Shown: positions 39,997 through 49,689, counted from the first letter of the stretch. The stretch: 64,000 bases of DNA from Alphaproteobacteria bacterium (GCA_041906305.1 JAYRJL010000009.1:102927-166926), one strand, 5' to 3'. Made by a program: numbers and translations. Notes: a model not told the origin generated them from the letters alone.

Positions 39997-40628
39997 CCCT
40001 GCTGCAGGCCCTTGACGAAGTTCGGCAGGCCGATCTGCCGCTGCCGACGCATGCGCTCCGCGGTCAGGATCGCGTGGACCTGCGCCACGCTCTGCTCGAA
40101 GTCGTGGTTGACCACGATGTAGTCGTACTCCGGCCAGTGGCTCATCTCGTCGGACGCCTTGCTCATCCGCTTGGCGACGATCGCGGGCGTATCCTGTGCC
40201 CGGCTCTTGAGGCGACGCTCGAGCTCGCCGGTCGACGGCGGCAGGATGAAGACGCTGACCAGATCCTCCCGCGCCGAATCCCTCAGCTGCTGGGTGCCTT
40301 GCCAGTCGATGTCGAACAGCACGTCGCGCCCCGTCGCCAGCTGTTCCTCGACCGGCTTCTTCGGCGTGCCGTAGTAGTTGTCGAAGACCTTCGCGTGCTC
40401 GAGCAGCTCGCGGCGGTTGACCATCAGGTCGAACTCGATGCGGTCGATGAAGTGATAGTCGCGGCCGGCGACCTCGCCCGGACGCATCTTGCGGGTGGTG
40501 ACCGAGACCGACATCGTGATCGCGCCGTCGAGCTCGAGCAGGCGTCGTGCGATCGAGGTCTTGCCGGCGCCGGACGGCGACGACAGCACCAGCATCAGCC
40601 CGCGGCGGGAGACTCCGTTCTGGCTCAT
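39990..40628 (-). CDS. gmk: Guanylate kinase
   Basis: [21 protein letters not shown] is the P-loop and [28 protein letters not shown] follows. Conserved yicC-gmk order. Confidence 0.95.
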   Translation of the reverse strand: MSQNGVSRRGLMLVLSSPSGAGKTSIARRLLELDGAITMSVSVTTRKMRPGEVAGRDYHFIDRIEFDLMVNRRELLEHAKVFDNYYGTPKKPVEEQLATGRDVLFDIDWQGTQQLRDSAREDLVSVFILPPSTGELERRLKSRAQDTPAIVAKRMSKASDEMSHWPEYDYIVVNHDFEQSVAQVHAILTAERMRRQRQIGLPNFVKGLQQGY

Positions 40629-40632
40629 GCCG

Positions 40633-41514
40633 TCATTCCACGTTCTGGATCTGCTCGCGGAACTGGTCGATCACGGCCTTCAGCGCGATGCCGGTGCGCG
40701 TTAGCGCCACGTCCTGCGACTTCGAGCAGACGGTGTTCGATTCGCGGTTGAACTCCTGCGACAGGAAGTCGAGCCGCCGGCCGATGGCGCCGCCTTCGTT
40801 CAGCATGTCGCGGGCCTGACCGATATGCGCGGCGAGGCGGTCCAGCTCCTCGCGCACGTCGCCCTTGGCCGCGAGCAGAGCCAGCTCCTGCGCGAGCCGT
40901 TCCTCGGAGAGTGCCGGGACCGCATCCACCAGCTCGCTGATCTGCTGGCGCAACCGCTCCTTGACCGCTTCCGGCCGCAGCACCGCGGCACCGGCGGCCT
41001 CGGCGGTCAGACGCTCGATCTCGTCGATCTGGCCCATCAGCACGGACTTGAGTCGGGCGCCCTCTTCCGCCCGTGCTCCGACCAGCCGCTTGAGTGCCTG
41101 GGAGAAACCCGCGAGCAGCACCTTCTCGACCTTGTCGTCGATCGCATCGGCAAGGCCGCCCCGATCCAGCACGCCCGGGATCTGCAGCAGAGCTTCGATC
41201 CGGGGCGGCGCGCGGTCGACCCGTCCCATCAGGTCGGAATGAAGCGCCAGCACCTGGTCGAGGACGGCACGGTCCACCGTGAAAGGCGGCGCGCCCGCCG
41301 CCCTGGACAGCGTCAGCGTCACCGAGACATTGCCGCGCTTGAGCTGCTTCGCCGCCTCGGCCCGCACGACCGGGTCCAGCCGGTCGAGGCCGGAGGGCAG
41401 CCGGCAGCGGACATCGAGACCGCGGCCGTTGACGCTCCGCGCCTCCCATACCCAGGAGAGGCCATTGGTCTCGCCCTCGGTGCGGGCGAAGCCGGTCATG
41501 CTGGCGATGGTCAC
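40633..41514 (-). CDS. yicC: YicC family stress-induced protein (endoribonuclease YicC)
   Basis: MTIASMTGFARTEGE...SWVWEARSVNGRGLD N-domain and the C-terminal DUF1732 region (LDFLSQEFNRESNTVCSKS). Confidence 0.85.
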   Translation of the reverse strand: MTIASMTGFARTEGETNGLSWVWEARSVNGRGLDVRCRLPSGLDRLDPVVRAEAAKQLKRGNVSVTLTLSRAAGAPPFTVDRAVLDQVLALHSDLMGRVDRAPPRIEALLQIPGVLDRGGLADAIDDKVEKVLLAGFSQALKRLVGARAEEGARLKSVLMGQIDEIERLTAEAAGAAVLRPEAVKERLRQQISELVDAVPALSEERLAQELALLAAKGDVREELDRLAAHIGQARDMLNEGGAIGRRLDFLSQEFNRESNTVCSKSQDVALTRTGIALKAVIDQFREQIQNVE

Positions 41515-41588
41515 GTCTCTGGATAATCCCCCGTTACGCGGGCGGACTATAACCGCCGTCCGATCGCTCGCCTATACTCGCCCGCAAG

Positions 41589-42347
41589 ATGGAACCTGTC
41601 TCGATCCTGATCACCGGCGCATCCAGCGGACTCGGCGCCGCCCTGGCCTCCGCCTATGCCGCGCCGGGCGTGCGCCTCGCGCTCGGCGGTCGCGACGAGG
41701 CGCGCCTCGATGCCGTTGCCGGGCTCTGCCGGGCCGCCGGCGCCGAGGTCGAAGCGACGGCGCTCGACGTCTGCGAGCGCGAAGCGGTCGCCGACTGGAT
41801 CACGGCGAGCGAAGCAGGACGGCCGCTGGACCTCGTCATCGCCAATGCCGGCATCTCCGGCGGGACCGGCGGCGGGCGCGAGCCGCCGGAGCAGGTGCGC
41901 CGCATCTTCGAGATCAATGTCGAGGGCGTGCTGAACACCGTGCTTCCGGTGGTTCCGCTGATGGTTGAGAGACGGCGCGGACAGATCGCCCTGATGGCGT
42001 CGCTGGCGGGATATCGTGGGCTTCCCGGCGCGCCCGCCTACTGCGCCAGCAAGGCGGCGGTGAAGGTGTTCGGCGAAGGCCTGCGTGGCGAGCTCGCGGC
42101 GAAGGGCGTCGGCGTCAGCGTGATCTGTCCCGGCTACGTCGACACGCCTATGACCCAGCGAAACCGCTTCCCGATGCCGTTCCTGATGGACGCACCGAAG
42201 GCCGCGCGCCTCATCAAGAAGAGGCTGGCGCGCAACGACGCGCGGATCGCCTTCCCCTGGCCGATGGCGATGGCGGTATGGCTGCTGCAGGCGATGCCGC
42301 CGGGCGCGATCGACCGGCTTCTGGCGCGTCTTCCGAGAAAAGCCTGA
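41589..42347 (+). CDS. SDR family oxidoreductase
   Basis: ILITGASSGLGAALA is the Rossmann motif, NAG the NAG motif and YCASKAAV the YxxxK active site. Confidence 0.85.
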   Translation: MEPVSILITGASSGLGAALASAYAAPGVRLALGGRDEARLDAVAGLCRAAGAEVEATALDVCEREAVADWITASEAGRPLDLVIANAGISGGTGGGREPPEQVRRIFEINVEGVLNTVLPVVPLMVERRRGQIALMASLAGYRGLPGAPAYCASKAAVKVFGEGLRGELAAKGVGVSVICPGYVDTPMTQRNRFPMPFLMDAPKAARLIKKRLARNDARIAFPWPMAMAVWLLQAMPPGAIDRLLARLPRKA

Positions 42348-42350
42348 CCG

Positions 42351-42821
42351 TCAGTTCCTGGACGGGCGCCGATCGCGCTCGCGTGCTGCCAGACGCTCGC
42401 GGAACGCTTTCCGCTCTTCTGGCGTCAGCTGCGCGCTCGCCTCGATCAGGGCCGCCTGCATGATCGCCGACATCGCGTCCGCACGACGACGCGCTTCGGC
42501 GAAGGCGGTGTCGACCTTGGCTCGATCGAAAGGTTCCGACGCCAGCGCCTGCATCGCCTCGCTGCGCGCGCGGCGGAACTCGCGTCCCTGCTCGCGGTAT
42601 TGCTCGCGCTTGGCATCCATCGCCGCCCTGACCTTGGCGCGGCCGGACTCGGGCAGCCCCTGCGTGATGCGGCCGACCGGCCCCATCATCGCGCGCTCCG
42701 GCTGCGGCCGGAAATGCTCGCGCCAGTAGCGCATGCCGACGATGCCGGCGAGGAACAGGTTGACCGCCAGCGAGACGATCAGGACCCAGCCGACCCAGCG
42801 ACCTTCGAGACGCGCGATCAC
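42351..42821 (-). CDS. Periplasmic sensor/chaperone-like protein with an LTXXQ-type motif (Spy/CpxP-like), membrane-anchored
   Basis: N-terminal TM (WVGWVLIVSLAVNLFLAGIVG), then a helical Arg/Glu-rich region with LTPEERKAF. It is the last gene of the ECF sigma operon, overlapping the preceding gene by 4 nt. Confidence 0.55.
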   Translation of the reverse strand: MIARLEGRWVGWVLIVSLAVNLFLAGIVGMRYWREHFRPQPERAMMGPVGRITQGLPESGRAKVRAAMDAKREQYREQGREFRRARSEAMQALASEPFDRAKVDTAFAEARRRADAMSAIMQAALIEASAQLTPEERKAFRERLAARERDRRPSRN

Positions 42822-43123
42822 GAGAAATCCCCTTCGATGGCGTCGCCGGAGAAGTAGAGCGTGTCGAAGCCCGGATCGAGAGAGGTCGCGAGGCTTTCGG
42901 ATCCGTCGAGGGCCCAGCCGACCCAGAGCCCGAGGCAGGCGGCCGCGGCCAGCGTCGTCAGGCGCGCCCAGGTCCAGCCGAAGACCGGTCCCTTGCGGAC
43001 GGCCTTCGCCATGATCGCATGCATGACCGCCGATCGGGCCGGCGCGACCTGCCAGGCATCGAGCACACGGGCGAGCCGGCGCTCCTCGGCCGGCGTCAGT
43101 TCAGTTTCAGGCGTCATGACCAT
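42818..43123 (-). CDS. Putative anti-sigma factor (small membrane protein)
   Basis: 101 aa with one TM (LTTLAAAACLGLWVGWAL). It overlaps the ECF sigma gene by 17 nt, the typical sigma/anti-sigma arrangement. Confidence 0.5.
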   Translation of the reverse strand: MVMTPETELTPAEERRLARVLDAWQVAPARSAVMHAIMAKAVRKGPVFGWTWARLTTLAAAACLGLWVGWALDGSESLATSLDPGFDTLYFSGDAIEGDFS

Positions 43124-43688
43124 CCTCCACGAGATCCGACATCAGCGGCTGCAGGCGATCCCGCAGATGCCGCTTGGCGCGGATCAGAAGCGATTCCAGC
43201 GCACCGACGGTGATCCCCATCACCTCGGCCGCCTCGATGTTGCCGAGCTCCTCGTAGTGGCAGAGCGTCAGCGCGGTGCGCTGGCGTTCGGGGAGCTCGC
43301 CGACCGCGGCCTGGACCGACTTGGCGACTTCGGCCCGATGCAGCGTGCGAAAGGCGTTCGGCTGCTCGTCCTCGGGCTCCGCAATCTCCTCGATCGGCGT
43401 CGTCCGGGGCTTTCGCAGCCGGTCGATCGCGGCGTTGACCACGACCCGGTAGAGCCAGGTCGTGAAACGTCCTCCCTCCGGCCGCCAGCGGTCGGCGTGC
43501 TGCCAAACCCTGAGGAACGCATCCTGCGCCACGTCCTCCGCCTCGCCACGGTCGCCCAGCAGGCGCTGGGCGGTTCTGACGGCACGGTCGAGATGCCGGG
43601 AAACCAGGGTGCCGAAGGCCACCCGGTCGCCATCGGCGATCCGCGCCATCAATGCCTCGTCGGCCGTTTCGTCCATCGCACGACTCAA
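43107..43688 (-). CDS. ECF (sigma-70 family) RNA polymerase sigma factor
   Basis: Region 2 (DVAQDAFLRVWQHADRW...FTTWLYRVVVNAAIDRLR) and region 4 (LPERQRTALTLCHYEELGNIEAAEVMGITVGALESLLIRAKRHL). Confidence 0.9.
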   Translation of the reverse strand: MSRAMDETADEALMARIADGDRVAFGTLVSRHLDRAVRTAQRLLGDRGEAEDVAQDAFLRVWQHADRWRPEGGRFTTWLYRVVVNAAIDRLRKPRTTPIEEIAEPEDEQPNAFRTLHRAEVAKSVQAAVGELPERQRTALTLCHYEELGNIEAAEVMGITVGALESLLIRAKRHLRDRLQPLMSDLVEDGHDA

Positions 43689-43743
43689 CGCCGGCCGACC
43701 TCCTGAGGTTGGAACGGGCTACCGCGCGACTTCCTGCGCTTAC

Positions 43744-44160
43744 CTATTCCGAATTGCCGTAGAGGGTTCCCGGCGAGATTAGAACCCTTTGGATTTCGAC
43801 CCATTTCCCGTCCCGCCAGGCCCGGAAAAGGCAGGAGCGCCGGCCGGTGTGACAGCAAACACCGGTCTGGTCGACCTTGAGCAGCAGCATGTCGCCGTCG
43901 CAATCGACCCGGAGCTCGACCAGGCGCTGGACCTGGCCCGAGCTCTCGCCTTTCCGCCAGAGCTTCTTCCGCGAGCGCGACCAATAGCAGACCTGCCCGG
44001 TCGCCAGCGTCTCGGCGATCGAGTCCCGGTTCATCCAGGCGAGCATCAGCACCTCGCCGGTGTCGAACTGCTGGGCGACCGCGGGCACCAGCCCGCGCTC
44101 GTCGAAGGTCAGGACCGCTTCGACCTCAGGCGACAGTACGGGTGCGGCTGTCGTGCTCAC
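43744..44160 (-). CDS. hisI: Phosphoribosyl-AMP cyclohydrolase
   Basis: LTFDERGLVPAVAQQFDTGEVLMLAWMNRDSIAETLATGQVCYWSRSRKKLWRKGESSGQVQRLVELRVDCDGDMLLLKVDQTGVCCHTG is canonical HisI. The GTG start at 44160 overlaps the metC stop (GTGA). The rest of the 348-aa track ORF is an out-of-frame artefact over metC. Confidence 0.85.
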   Translation of the reverse strand: MSTTAAPVLSPEVEAVLTFDERGLVPAVAQQFDTGEVLMLAWMNRDSIAETLATGQVCYWSRSRKKLWRKGESSGQVQRLVELRVDCDGDMLLLKVDQTGVCCHTGRRSCLFRAWRDGKWVEIQRVLISPGTLYGNSE

Positions 44161-45350
44161 GCCGCCTTCGCCACCTGGCTCAGCTTCGAGAGGCCGGCCT
44201 TGAGGTCGGCGATCAGGTCGTCGGCATCCTCGAGCCCGATGTGAAGCCGGATGAGCGCGCCCTTCTCGCTCCACGGCACCGCGGAGCGATGCAGCACGTT
44301 GGAGACCGGCAGCGCCAGGCTCTCGTAGCCGCCCCAGGAGGCGCCCATGCGGAAGATCTTGAGCGTGTCGAGGAACGCGTCGACCGCCGCCTTCGGCCGC
44401 TCCTTCAGCAGCACCGAGAAAAGACCGGAGGCGCCGGTGAAGTCGCGCTTCCACAGCTTGTGGCCGGGGAAGCTCGGCAGCGCCGGGCAGAGCACGCGCG
44501 CGACCTCGGGCTGGCTCTCGAGCCATGAGGCGACCTTTATCGCATTTTCCTGATGCTGGCGCAGACGCACATGCATCGTGCGGAGCCCACGCAGGCCCAG
44601 ATACACGTCGTCCGGGCCGACCGAGTAGCCCAGCGCCTTGAAGCCGGCCTCGACCGCCGGCAGGTTCGCGGCGTTCGCCGTCACCGTGCCCAGCATCGCG
44701 TCCGAGTGGCCGACGATGTACTTGGTCGCCGCCTGGATCGAGACGTCGACGCCGTGCTTGAAGGCGTTGAAGAACATGCCGCCCGACCACGTGTTGTCCA
44801 TCAGGACGACGCAGCCCTTCTTGTGCGCCTCCTCGGCGATCGCCGGGATGTCCTGGATCTCGAAGGTGCCCGTGCCCGGCGACTCCGTGTAGACGATCCT
44901 GGTGTTGGGACGGATCAGGTCGCGGATGCCGCCGCCGATCAGCGGATCGTAGTAGGTGGTCTCGATCCCCATGTTCTTGAGGAAATTGTCGCAGAGCCGC
45001 CGGTTCGGGAAATAGGCGGAGTCGACCATCAGGATGTGGTCGCCCGTCTTCACGAACGCGAGGATCGCGCCGACCACCGCAGCGAAGCCCGACGGGAATG
45101 CGATGCAGCCCGCGCCGCCCTCGACCGCCGCGACCGCCTCGCCGAAGGCGCGATGCGTCGGCGTGCCGTAGCGGCCGTAGACGAAGCCCTTGAAGTCCGG
45201 CTTGTGCGCCTCGTCCCAGGCGGCGACGCTCGGGAAGGTGATGGTCGAGGCATGATAGACGGGCGGATTGACGATGCCGTGGTTCGCCTCGGGATCGAGG
45301 CCCGCATGGGTGATGATCGTGTCGGGCTTGAAGGTTCCCTTGAGGGCCAT
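44157..45350 (-). CDS. metC: Cystathionine beta-lyase (PLP-dependent, Cys/Met metabolism family)
   Basis: THAGLDPEANHGIVNPPVYHASTITFPS...ATKYIVGHSDAMLG (PLP Lys). I trimmed to MALKGTF (GGAGAG RBS). Confidence 0.85.
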   Translation of the reverse strand: MALKGTFKPDTIITHAGLDPEANHGIVNPPVYHASTITFPSVAAWDEAHKPDFKGFVYGRYGTPTHRAFGEAVAAVEGGAGCIAFPSGFAAVVGAILAFVKTGDHILMVDSAYFPNRRLCDNFLKNMGIETTYYDPLIGGGIRDLIRPNTRIVYTESPGTGTFEIQDIPAIAEEAHKKGCVVLMDNTWSGGMFFNAFKHGVDVSIQAATKYIVGHSDAMLGTVTANAANLPAVEAGFKALGYSVGPDDVYLGLRGLRTMHVRLRQHQENAIKVASWLESQPEVARVLCPALPSFPGHKLWKRDFTGASGLFSVLLKERPKAAVDAFLDTLKIFRMGASWGGYESLALPVSNVLHRSAVPWSEKGALIRLHIGLEDADDLIADLKAGLSKLSQVAKAA

Positions 45351-45508
45351 CCGTCGCTCTCCGAGGCTTGCCGGCAGAAATGCCGATCCATCGTGACGGC
45401 AGCGGGGCTCGGCGCGCAAGAGGAAGGAAGCGGTTGCAGCGGGGCCTAGCGAATTGTAATCATTGATACCATACGAGGCCTGAAGGCCCCTGGGAGGCGG
45501 AACCGACT

Positions 45509-46285
45509 ATGACTGCTCAGACTGCCCATCCGCAGCGCAAGCTGTCGACCGACGTCGTCATTCAGATGACGGGCGTCCACAAGTGGTACGGGGACTTCCA
45601 TGTCCTCAAGGACATCAATCTTTCCGTCCATCGCGGCGAGCGCATCGTCGTCTGCGGGCCATCGGGCTCCGGCAAGTCGACGATGATCCGCTGCATCAAC
45701 CGCCTGGAAGAGCACCAGAAGGGCCAGATCGTCGTCGACGGCATCGAGCTCAGCCAGGACGTCAAGAACATCGACCTGGTCCGCCGCGAAGTCGGCATGG
45801 TGTTCCAGCAGTTCAACCTGTTCCCGCATCTTACGGTGCTCGAGAACCTGACCCTGGCGCCGATCTGGGTGCGCAAGATGCCGAAGGCGGAAGCCGAGGC
45901 GAACGCGATGAAGTACCTGCAGCGCGTGCGCATCCCCGAGCAGGCGGGCAAGTATCCGGGCCAGCTCTCCGGCGGCCAGCAGCAGCGCGTCGCGATCGCG
46001 CGCTCGCTCTGCATGCAGCCGAAGATCATGCTGTTCGACGAGCCTACCTCCGCGCTCGATCCCGAGATGATCAAGGAAGTGCTGGACGTGATGGTCGGCC
46101 TCGCCGAGGACGGCATGACGATGATCTGCGTCACGCACGAGATGGGTTTCGCCCGCACCGTCGCCGACCGCATGATCTTCATGGACTACGGCGAGATCGT
46201 CGAGCAGGCGCCGCCGGAGGAGTTCTTCCAGAACCCGAAGTCCGACCGCACCAAGCTGTTCCTCTCCCAGATTCTGAAGCACTAG
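45509..46285 (+). CDS. Polar/general L-amino acid ABC transporter ATP-binding protein (AapP/GlnQ-like)
   Basis: Walker [10 protein letters not shown], signature [15 protein letters not shown] and Walker [13 protein letters not shown]. No cognate permease or SBP is adjacent in this window. Confidence 0.85.
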   Translation: MTAQTAHPQRKLSTDVVIQMTGVHKWYGDFHVLKDINLSVHRGERIVVCGPSGSGKSTMIRCINRLEEHQKGQIVVDGIELSQDVKNIDLVRREVGMVFQQFNLFPHLTVLENLTLAPIWVRKMPKAEAEANAMKYLQRVRIPEQAGKYPGQLSGGQQQRVAIARSLCMQPKIMLFDEPTSALDPEMIKEVLDVMVGLAEDGMTMICVTHEMGFARTVADRMIFMDYGEIVEQAPPEEFFQNPKSDRTKLFLSQILKH

Positions 46286-46310
46286 TTCAGAGTCCGTGCG
46301 TCGCCTTGCC

Positions 46311-46334
46311 CCCTCCCCGGGCGCCCGGGGAGGG
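46311..46334. terminator. Perfect GC palindrome (terminator-like hairpin) after the amino acid ABC ATPase gene
   Basis: ccctccccggg cg cccggggaggg. It has an 11-bp stem and no T tract. Confidence 0.35.
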
Positions 46335-46349
46335 TGGTAAGAAGCGCTT

Positions 46350-47480
46350 ATGACCTCCCGCCTTCCGTTCGTCGACCTCCAGGCGCAGCGCCGCCGCATC
46401 GGACCTTGCCTCGACGAGGCGCTGGCGCGCGTGCTGGCGCATGGCCAGTTCATCCTCGGACCCGAGGTGCGCGAGCTCGAAGCGAAGCTGGCATCCTTCT
46501 CCGGCGTGAAGCACTGCATCAGCTGCGCCAACGGCACCGACGCGCTGCTGCTGCCGCTGATGGCATGGGGCATCGGGCCGGGCGACGCGGTGCTGGTGCC
46601 GTCGTTCACCTTCGTTGCGTCGGCCGAGGTCGTGGTGCTCGCCGGCGCCACGCCGGTCTTCGTCGACGTCGACCGCACGAACTTCAACGTGACGCCGGAA
46701 AGCCTCGAGCTCGGCATCCGCGCCGCGCGCGAGGCCGGCCTCGCGCCCAAGGTGGCGATGCCGGTCGACCTGTTCGGCCAGCCGGTCGACTTCGCGAAGA
46801 TCGAGCCGGTCTGCCGCAAGCATGGCCTGAAGATTCTTTCCGACGCCGCGCAGAGCTACGGCGGCGCTCAGGGAAACCGCCGTGTCGGCTCGCTCGCGCC
46901 GGTGACCTCGACCAGCTTCTTCCCCTCGAAGCCGCTCGGCACCTATGGCGACGGCGGCGCGATCTTCACCGACGACGGCGAGATCGACGCTCTCCTCCGC
47001 AGCATACGCATGCACGGCCAGGGCATCGACAAGTATCACAACGTCCGCATCGGCCTTAACTCGCGGCTCGATACGATGCAGGCGGCGATCCTGCTGGAGA
47101 AGCTGGCCATCCTCGAGGACGAGATCGCGGCGCGGGACCGCGTCGCCAGGCGCTACGCGGACGCGCTCGCCGACATCTGCGAAGTGCCGCGCATCGCCGC
47201 CGGCAACGTCTCGGCCTGGGCGCAGTACACGATCCTGATCGAGGACCGCGACCGGGTGGCGAAGGAACTGGACGCCGCCGGGATCCCGACAGCGATCTAC
47301 TACCCGATTCCGGTCCATCGCCAGGACGGCTACCGGCACTTCCCCGCCGCCAAGGGCGGGCTCCCGGTGTCGGAGGAGCTGGCGGACCTGGTCCTCAGCC
47401 TGCCGATGCATCCCTACCTGGAGCCGGCCGACCAGGACCGGGTGATTGCGGCGGTGCGTCAGGCGGCCGGCCGCTCGTAA
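46350..47480 (+). CDS. DegT/DnrJ/EryC1/StrS family PLP-dependent sugar aminotransferase
   Basis: FILGPEVRELEAKLASFSGVKHCISCANGTDALLL...FFPSKPLGTYGDGGAIFTDD (PLP Lys in SK). Confidence 0.85.
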   Translation: MTSRLPFVDLQAQRRRIGPCLDEALARVLAHGQFILGPEVRELEAKLASFSGVKHCISCANGTDALLLPLMAWGIGPGDAVLVPSFTFVASAEVVVLAGATPVFVDVDRTNFNVTPESLELGIRAAREAGLAPKVAMPVDLFGQPVDFAKIEPVCRKHGLKILSDAAQSYGGAQGNRRVGSLAPVTSTSFFPSKPLGTYGDGGAIFTDDGEIDALLRSIRMHGQGIDKYHNVRIGLNSRLDTMQAAILLEKLAILEDEIAARDRVARRYADALADICEVPRIAAGNVSAWAQYTILIEDRDRVAKELDAAGIPTAIYYPIPVHRQDGYRHFPAAKGGLPVSEELADLVLSLPMHPYLEPADQDRVIAAVRQAAGRS

Positions 47481-47545
47481 ATTCCTCTCCGACGGCGGAA
47501 CCATACGGGAGTACCGCTGTTACAGGCGCGGAGGTCCCCCGCTCC

Positions 47546-48487
47546 ATGCGCCACAGTTCCCTCGCCGTTCTCGTCGCCGCCCTCGCCACCCTTCCCGCCG
47601 GCCGTGCGCTCGCGGTCGAAGCCGCCGTTCATCCCTTCTGCATCCAGCAGCTGGTGCGGATGGGCGACGTCCACTTCGAGACCGAGAAGGAGCAAGCCCT
47701 TCCGATCAAGGTCTGCAACCAGCACTACCGGAAGGCGCCGATCGACATCAAAGGGGACTACTACGTCTCCGAGGTGAGGGGCGTCTACGCCAACGCCTTC
47801 AAGGGCGCCAAGCAGACGCGCGTCCCCTTCTACAAGTACCGGATCGCCGGATATCACCGGAACGTCGTCGTCGTCGATCTCGCCGAGGGCGTCGGCGATG
47901 CCGGCGTCTATTCGGCGATCGCGCTGGTCACCGGCTGGCCGGTGACGGAGTCCCAGAGCAAGGACTCGCGCGACATGGGCGGCGACCTCGATCTCGTCGG
48001 CGCCCTCGAACGCGGCGACCGCTGCAACGGCGGCATCGCCAGCGCCAAGATGAGCGGCCCCTCGACGCTCGAGCTCGGCGAGAAGATCACGCCGTACGAT
48101 CTCTTCGTTTATCGCGCCGTCCGCGCCCTTCGCCGCGACAAGAACAAGGTCGCCTACCATCAGGTCGAGAACGAGACGATCGAGCCGATCTCGCCGAGAC
48201 TCATGGAGCTCGAACCCTACCGTGACCTGGACACCGCGGCGACCAGCTGCATCGGCACCGCGACCACCGCGTACGACCTCGACAGCGGGACATCGAAGCT
48301 AGTGTCGATCACGCTGACCGGCCTCGTCGACAGGGACCCGAAATGGGTCGCGAAGCACAGGCACCAGGCCTGCTTCAACAAGGTGGTGAAGGCGGCGGTG
48401 CCGTCCTTCCCGAAGACTCTCGAGCCCGACGCGATCAGCGCGCTCTCGAAGAACTTCGAGAGCCAATGTCTCGGCGACAAATCCTAA
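47546..48487 (+). CDS. Hypothetical secreted/periplasmic protein (313 aa; signal peptide; 7 Cys)
   Basis: MRHSSLAVLVAALATLPAGRALA is signal-peptide-like. I recognise no domain. It follows the DegT gene after 65 nt. Confidence 0.5.
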   Translation: MRHSSLAVLVAALATLPAGRALAVEAAVHPFCIQQLVRMGDVHFETEKEQALPIKVCNQHYRKAPIDIKGDYYVSEVRGVYANAFKGAKQTRVPFYKYRIAGYHRNVVVVDLAEGVGDAGVYSAIALVTGWPVTESQSKDSRDMGGDLDLVGALERGDRCNGGIASAKMSGPSTLELGEKITPYDLFVYRAVRALRRDKNKVAYHQVENETIEPISPRLMELEPYRDLDTAATSCIGTATTAYDLDSGTSKLVSITLTGLVDRDPKWVAKHRHQACFNKVVKAAVPSFPKTLEPDAISALSKNFESQCLGDKS

Positions 48488-49689
48488 GCGAGCCTGACGA
48501 CACCGTCCTTCGCCAGCCGGGTGATCTCGTCCCGGCCGTAGCCGAGCTCCGTCAGGATCTCTTCCGTGTGCTGGCCGAGCAGCGGCGCGCCGCGACGAAT
48601 GCCGGCCGGCGTCGCCGACAGCTTGACCGGCGGTCCGATCGTCTTCACCGACCCGAGGGTCTTGTGCGTGACCTCCATCACCATGCCGCGCGCCAGCGTC
48701 TGCGGGTCGGCATGCATCTGGTTCACGTCCATCACCGGCCCGGCGGGCACACCGGCAGTCTCCAAGATCGCCAGCCACGCAGCGGAAGTCTTCTTCACGA
48801 AGCAGGCCTCCATGAGATCGACCAGCGTCGCGAGGTTCGTCATGCGGCCGGCGTTGTCCTTGAAGCGCGCATCGTCCGCGAGTTCCAGCAAGTCCAGCGC
48901 CTCCAGGGTCCGTATCCAGTTCGACTGGTTGGCGGCGCCGACATTGATGTATCCGTCGGACGTCCGGAACGCCTGGTAGGGCCCGTTGAGCGGATGCGCC
49001 GATCCGAGCGGACCAGGCGCCACGCCGGTCGCGAGCGCGATCGCCGACTGCCAGAAGGTGTGGACGATGCCGGCCTCGAAGAGCGACGTGTCGACGAGCT
49101 GGCCTTGGCCGGTCTTCTGCGCATGGAAAAGAGCGGCAAGGATGCCCATCGCCGCGAGGATGCCGGCGGTGATGTCGGTGACCGGCGCGCCGATCTTGAC
49201 CGGCGGACGCCCTGGCCCCTCGCCGGTGATGCTCATCAGCCCGCTCATGCCCTGCGCGATCAGGTCGAAGCCACCGCGATCGGCATAGGGACCGGTGCGC
49301 CCGAAGCCCGACAGCGAGCAATAGACGAGCGCCGGATTTTCGGCCGCGAGCGACGCGTAGCCGAGACCGAAGTGCTCCATCGCGCCTTTGCGATAGTTCT
49401 CGATGAAGACGTCGCCCGACAGCGCGAGCTTCCGCAGCACGGCGCGGCCGGTCTCGCTTCGGTTGTCGACGGCGAAGCCGCGCTTGTTGCGGTTCATCAT
49501 CAGGAAGGCAGCGGACTCCTCGCCCACTTTCGGAGGAACCATCCGGCGCGTGTCGTCACCCGCTGGCAGCCGCTCGACCTTGATCACGTCGGCGCCGAGA
49601 TCGGCCAGCATCAGACCACAGGTCGGCCCGGCCATGATGTGCGCCATCTCGACGACGCGCACGCCCTTGAGCGGACCGGCCGGCTCCAC
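48484..49689 (-). CDS. CoA transferase, family III (CaiB/BaiF)
   Basis: GPLKGVRVVEMAHIMAGPTCGLMLADLGADVIKVE is the N-terminal motif and D (in GGFDLIAQG) the catalytic Asp region. The GTG start at 49689 is 1 nt after the upstream gene stop. The longer track ORF adds an Arg/Ser-rich extension that overlaps the hydratase gene. Confidence 0.85.
   Translation of the reverse strand: MEPAGPLKGVRVVEMAHIMAGPTCGLMLADLGADVIKVERLPAGDDTRRMVPPKVGEESAAFLMMNRNKRGFAVDNRSETGRAVLRKLALSGDVFIENYRKGAMEHFGLGYASLAAENPALVYCSLSGFGRTGPYADRGGFDLIAQGMSGLMSITGEGPGRPPVKIGAPVTDITAGILAAMGILAALFHAQKTGQGQLVDTSLFEAGIVHTFWQSAIALATGVAPGPLGSAHPLNGPYQAFRTSDGYINVGAANQSNWIRTLEALDLLELADDARFKDNAGRMTNLATLVDLMEACFVKKTSAAWLAILETAGVPAGPVMDVNQMHADPQTLARGMVMEVTHKTLGSVKTIGPPVKLSATPAGIRRGAPLLGQHTEEILTELGYGRDEITRLAKDGVVRLA

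Noticed and set aside
43744-44790. Upstream part of the 348-aa ORF containing hisI
   Set aside because: Only the last 138 aa are HisI. The remainder overlaps metC out of frame and is Arg/Gly-rich.
45350-45509. Possible SAM/methionine riboswitch in the metC-aapP divergent region
   Set aside because: I could not recognise SAM-II or SAM-I consensus elements by eye. It is left as an ordinary divergent promoter region.
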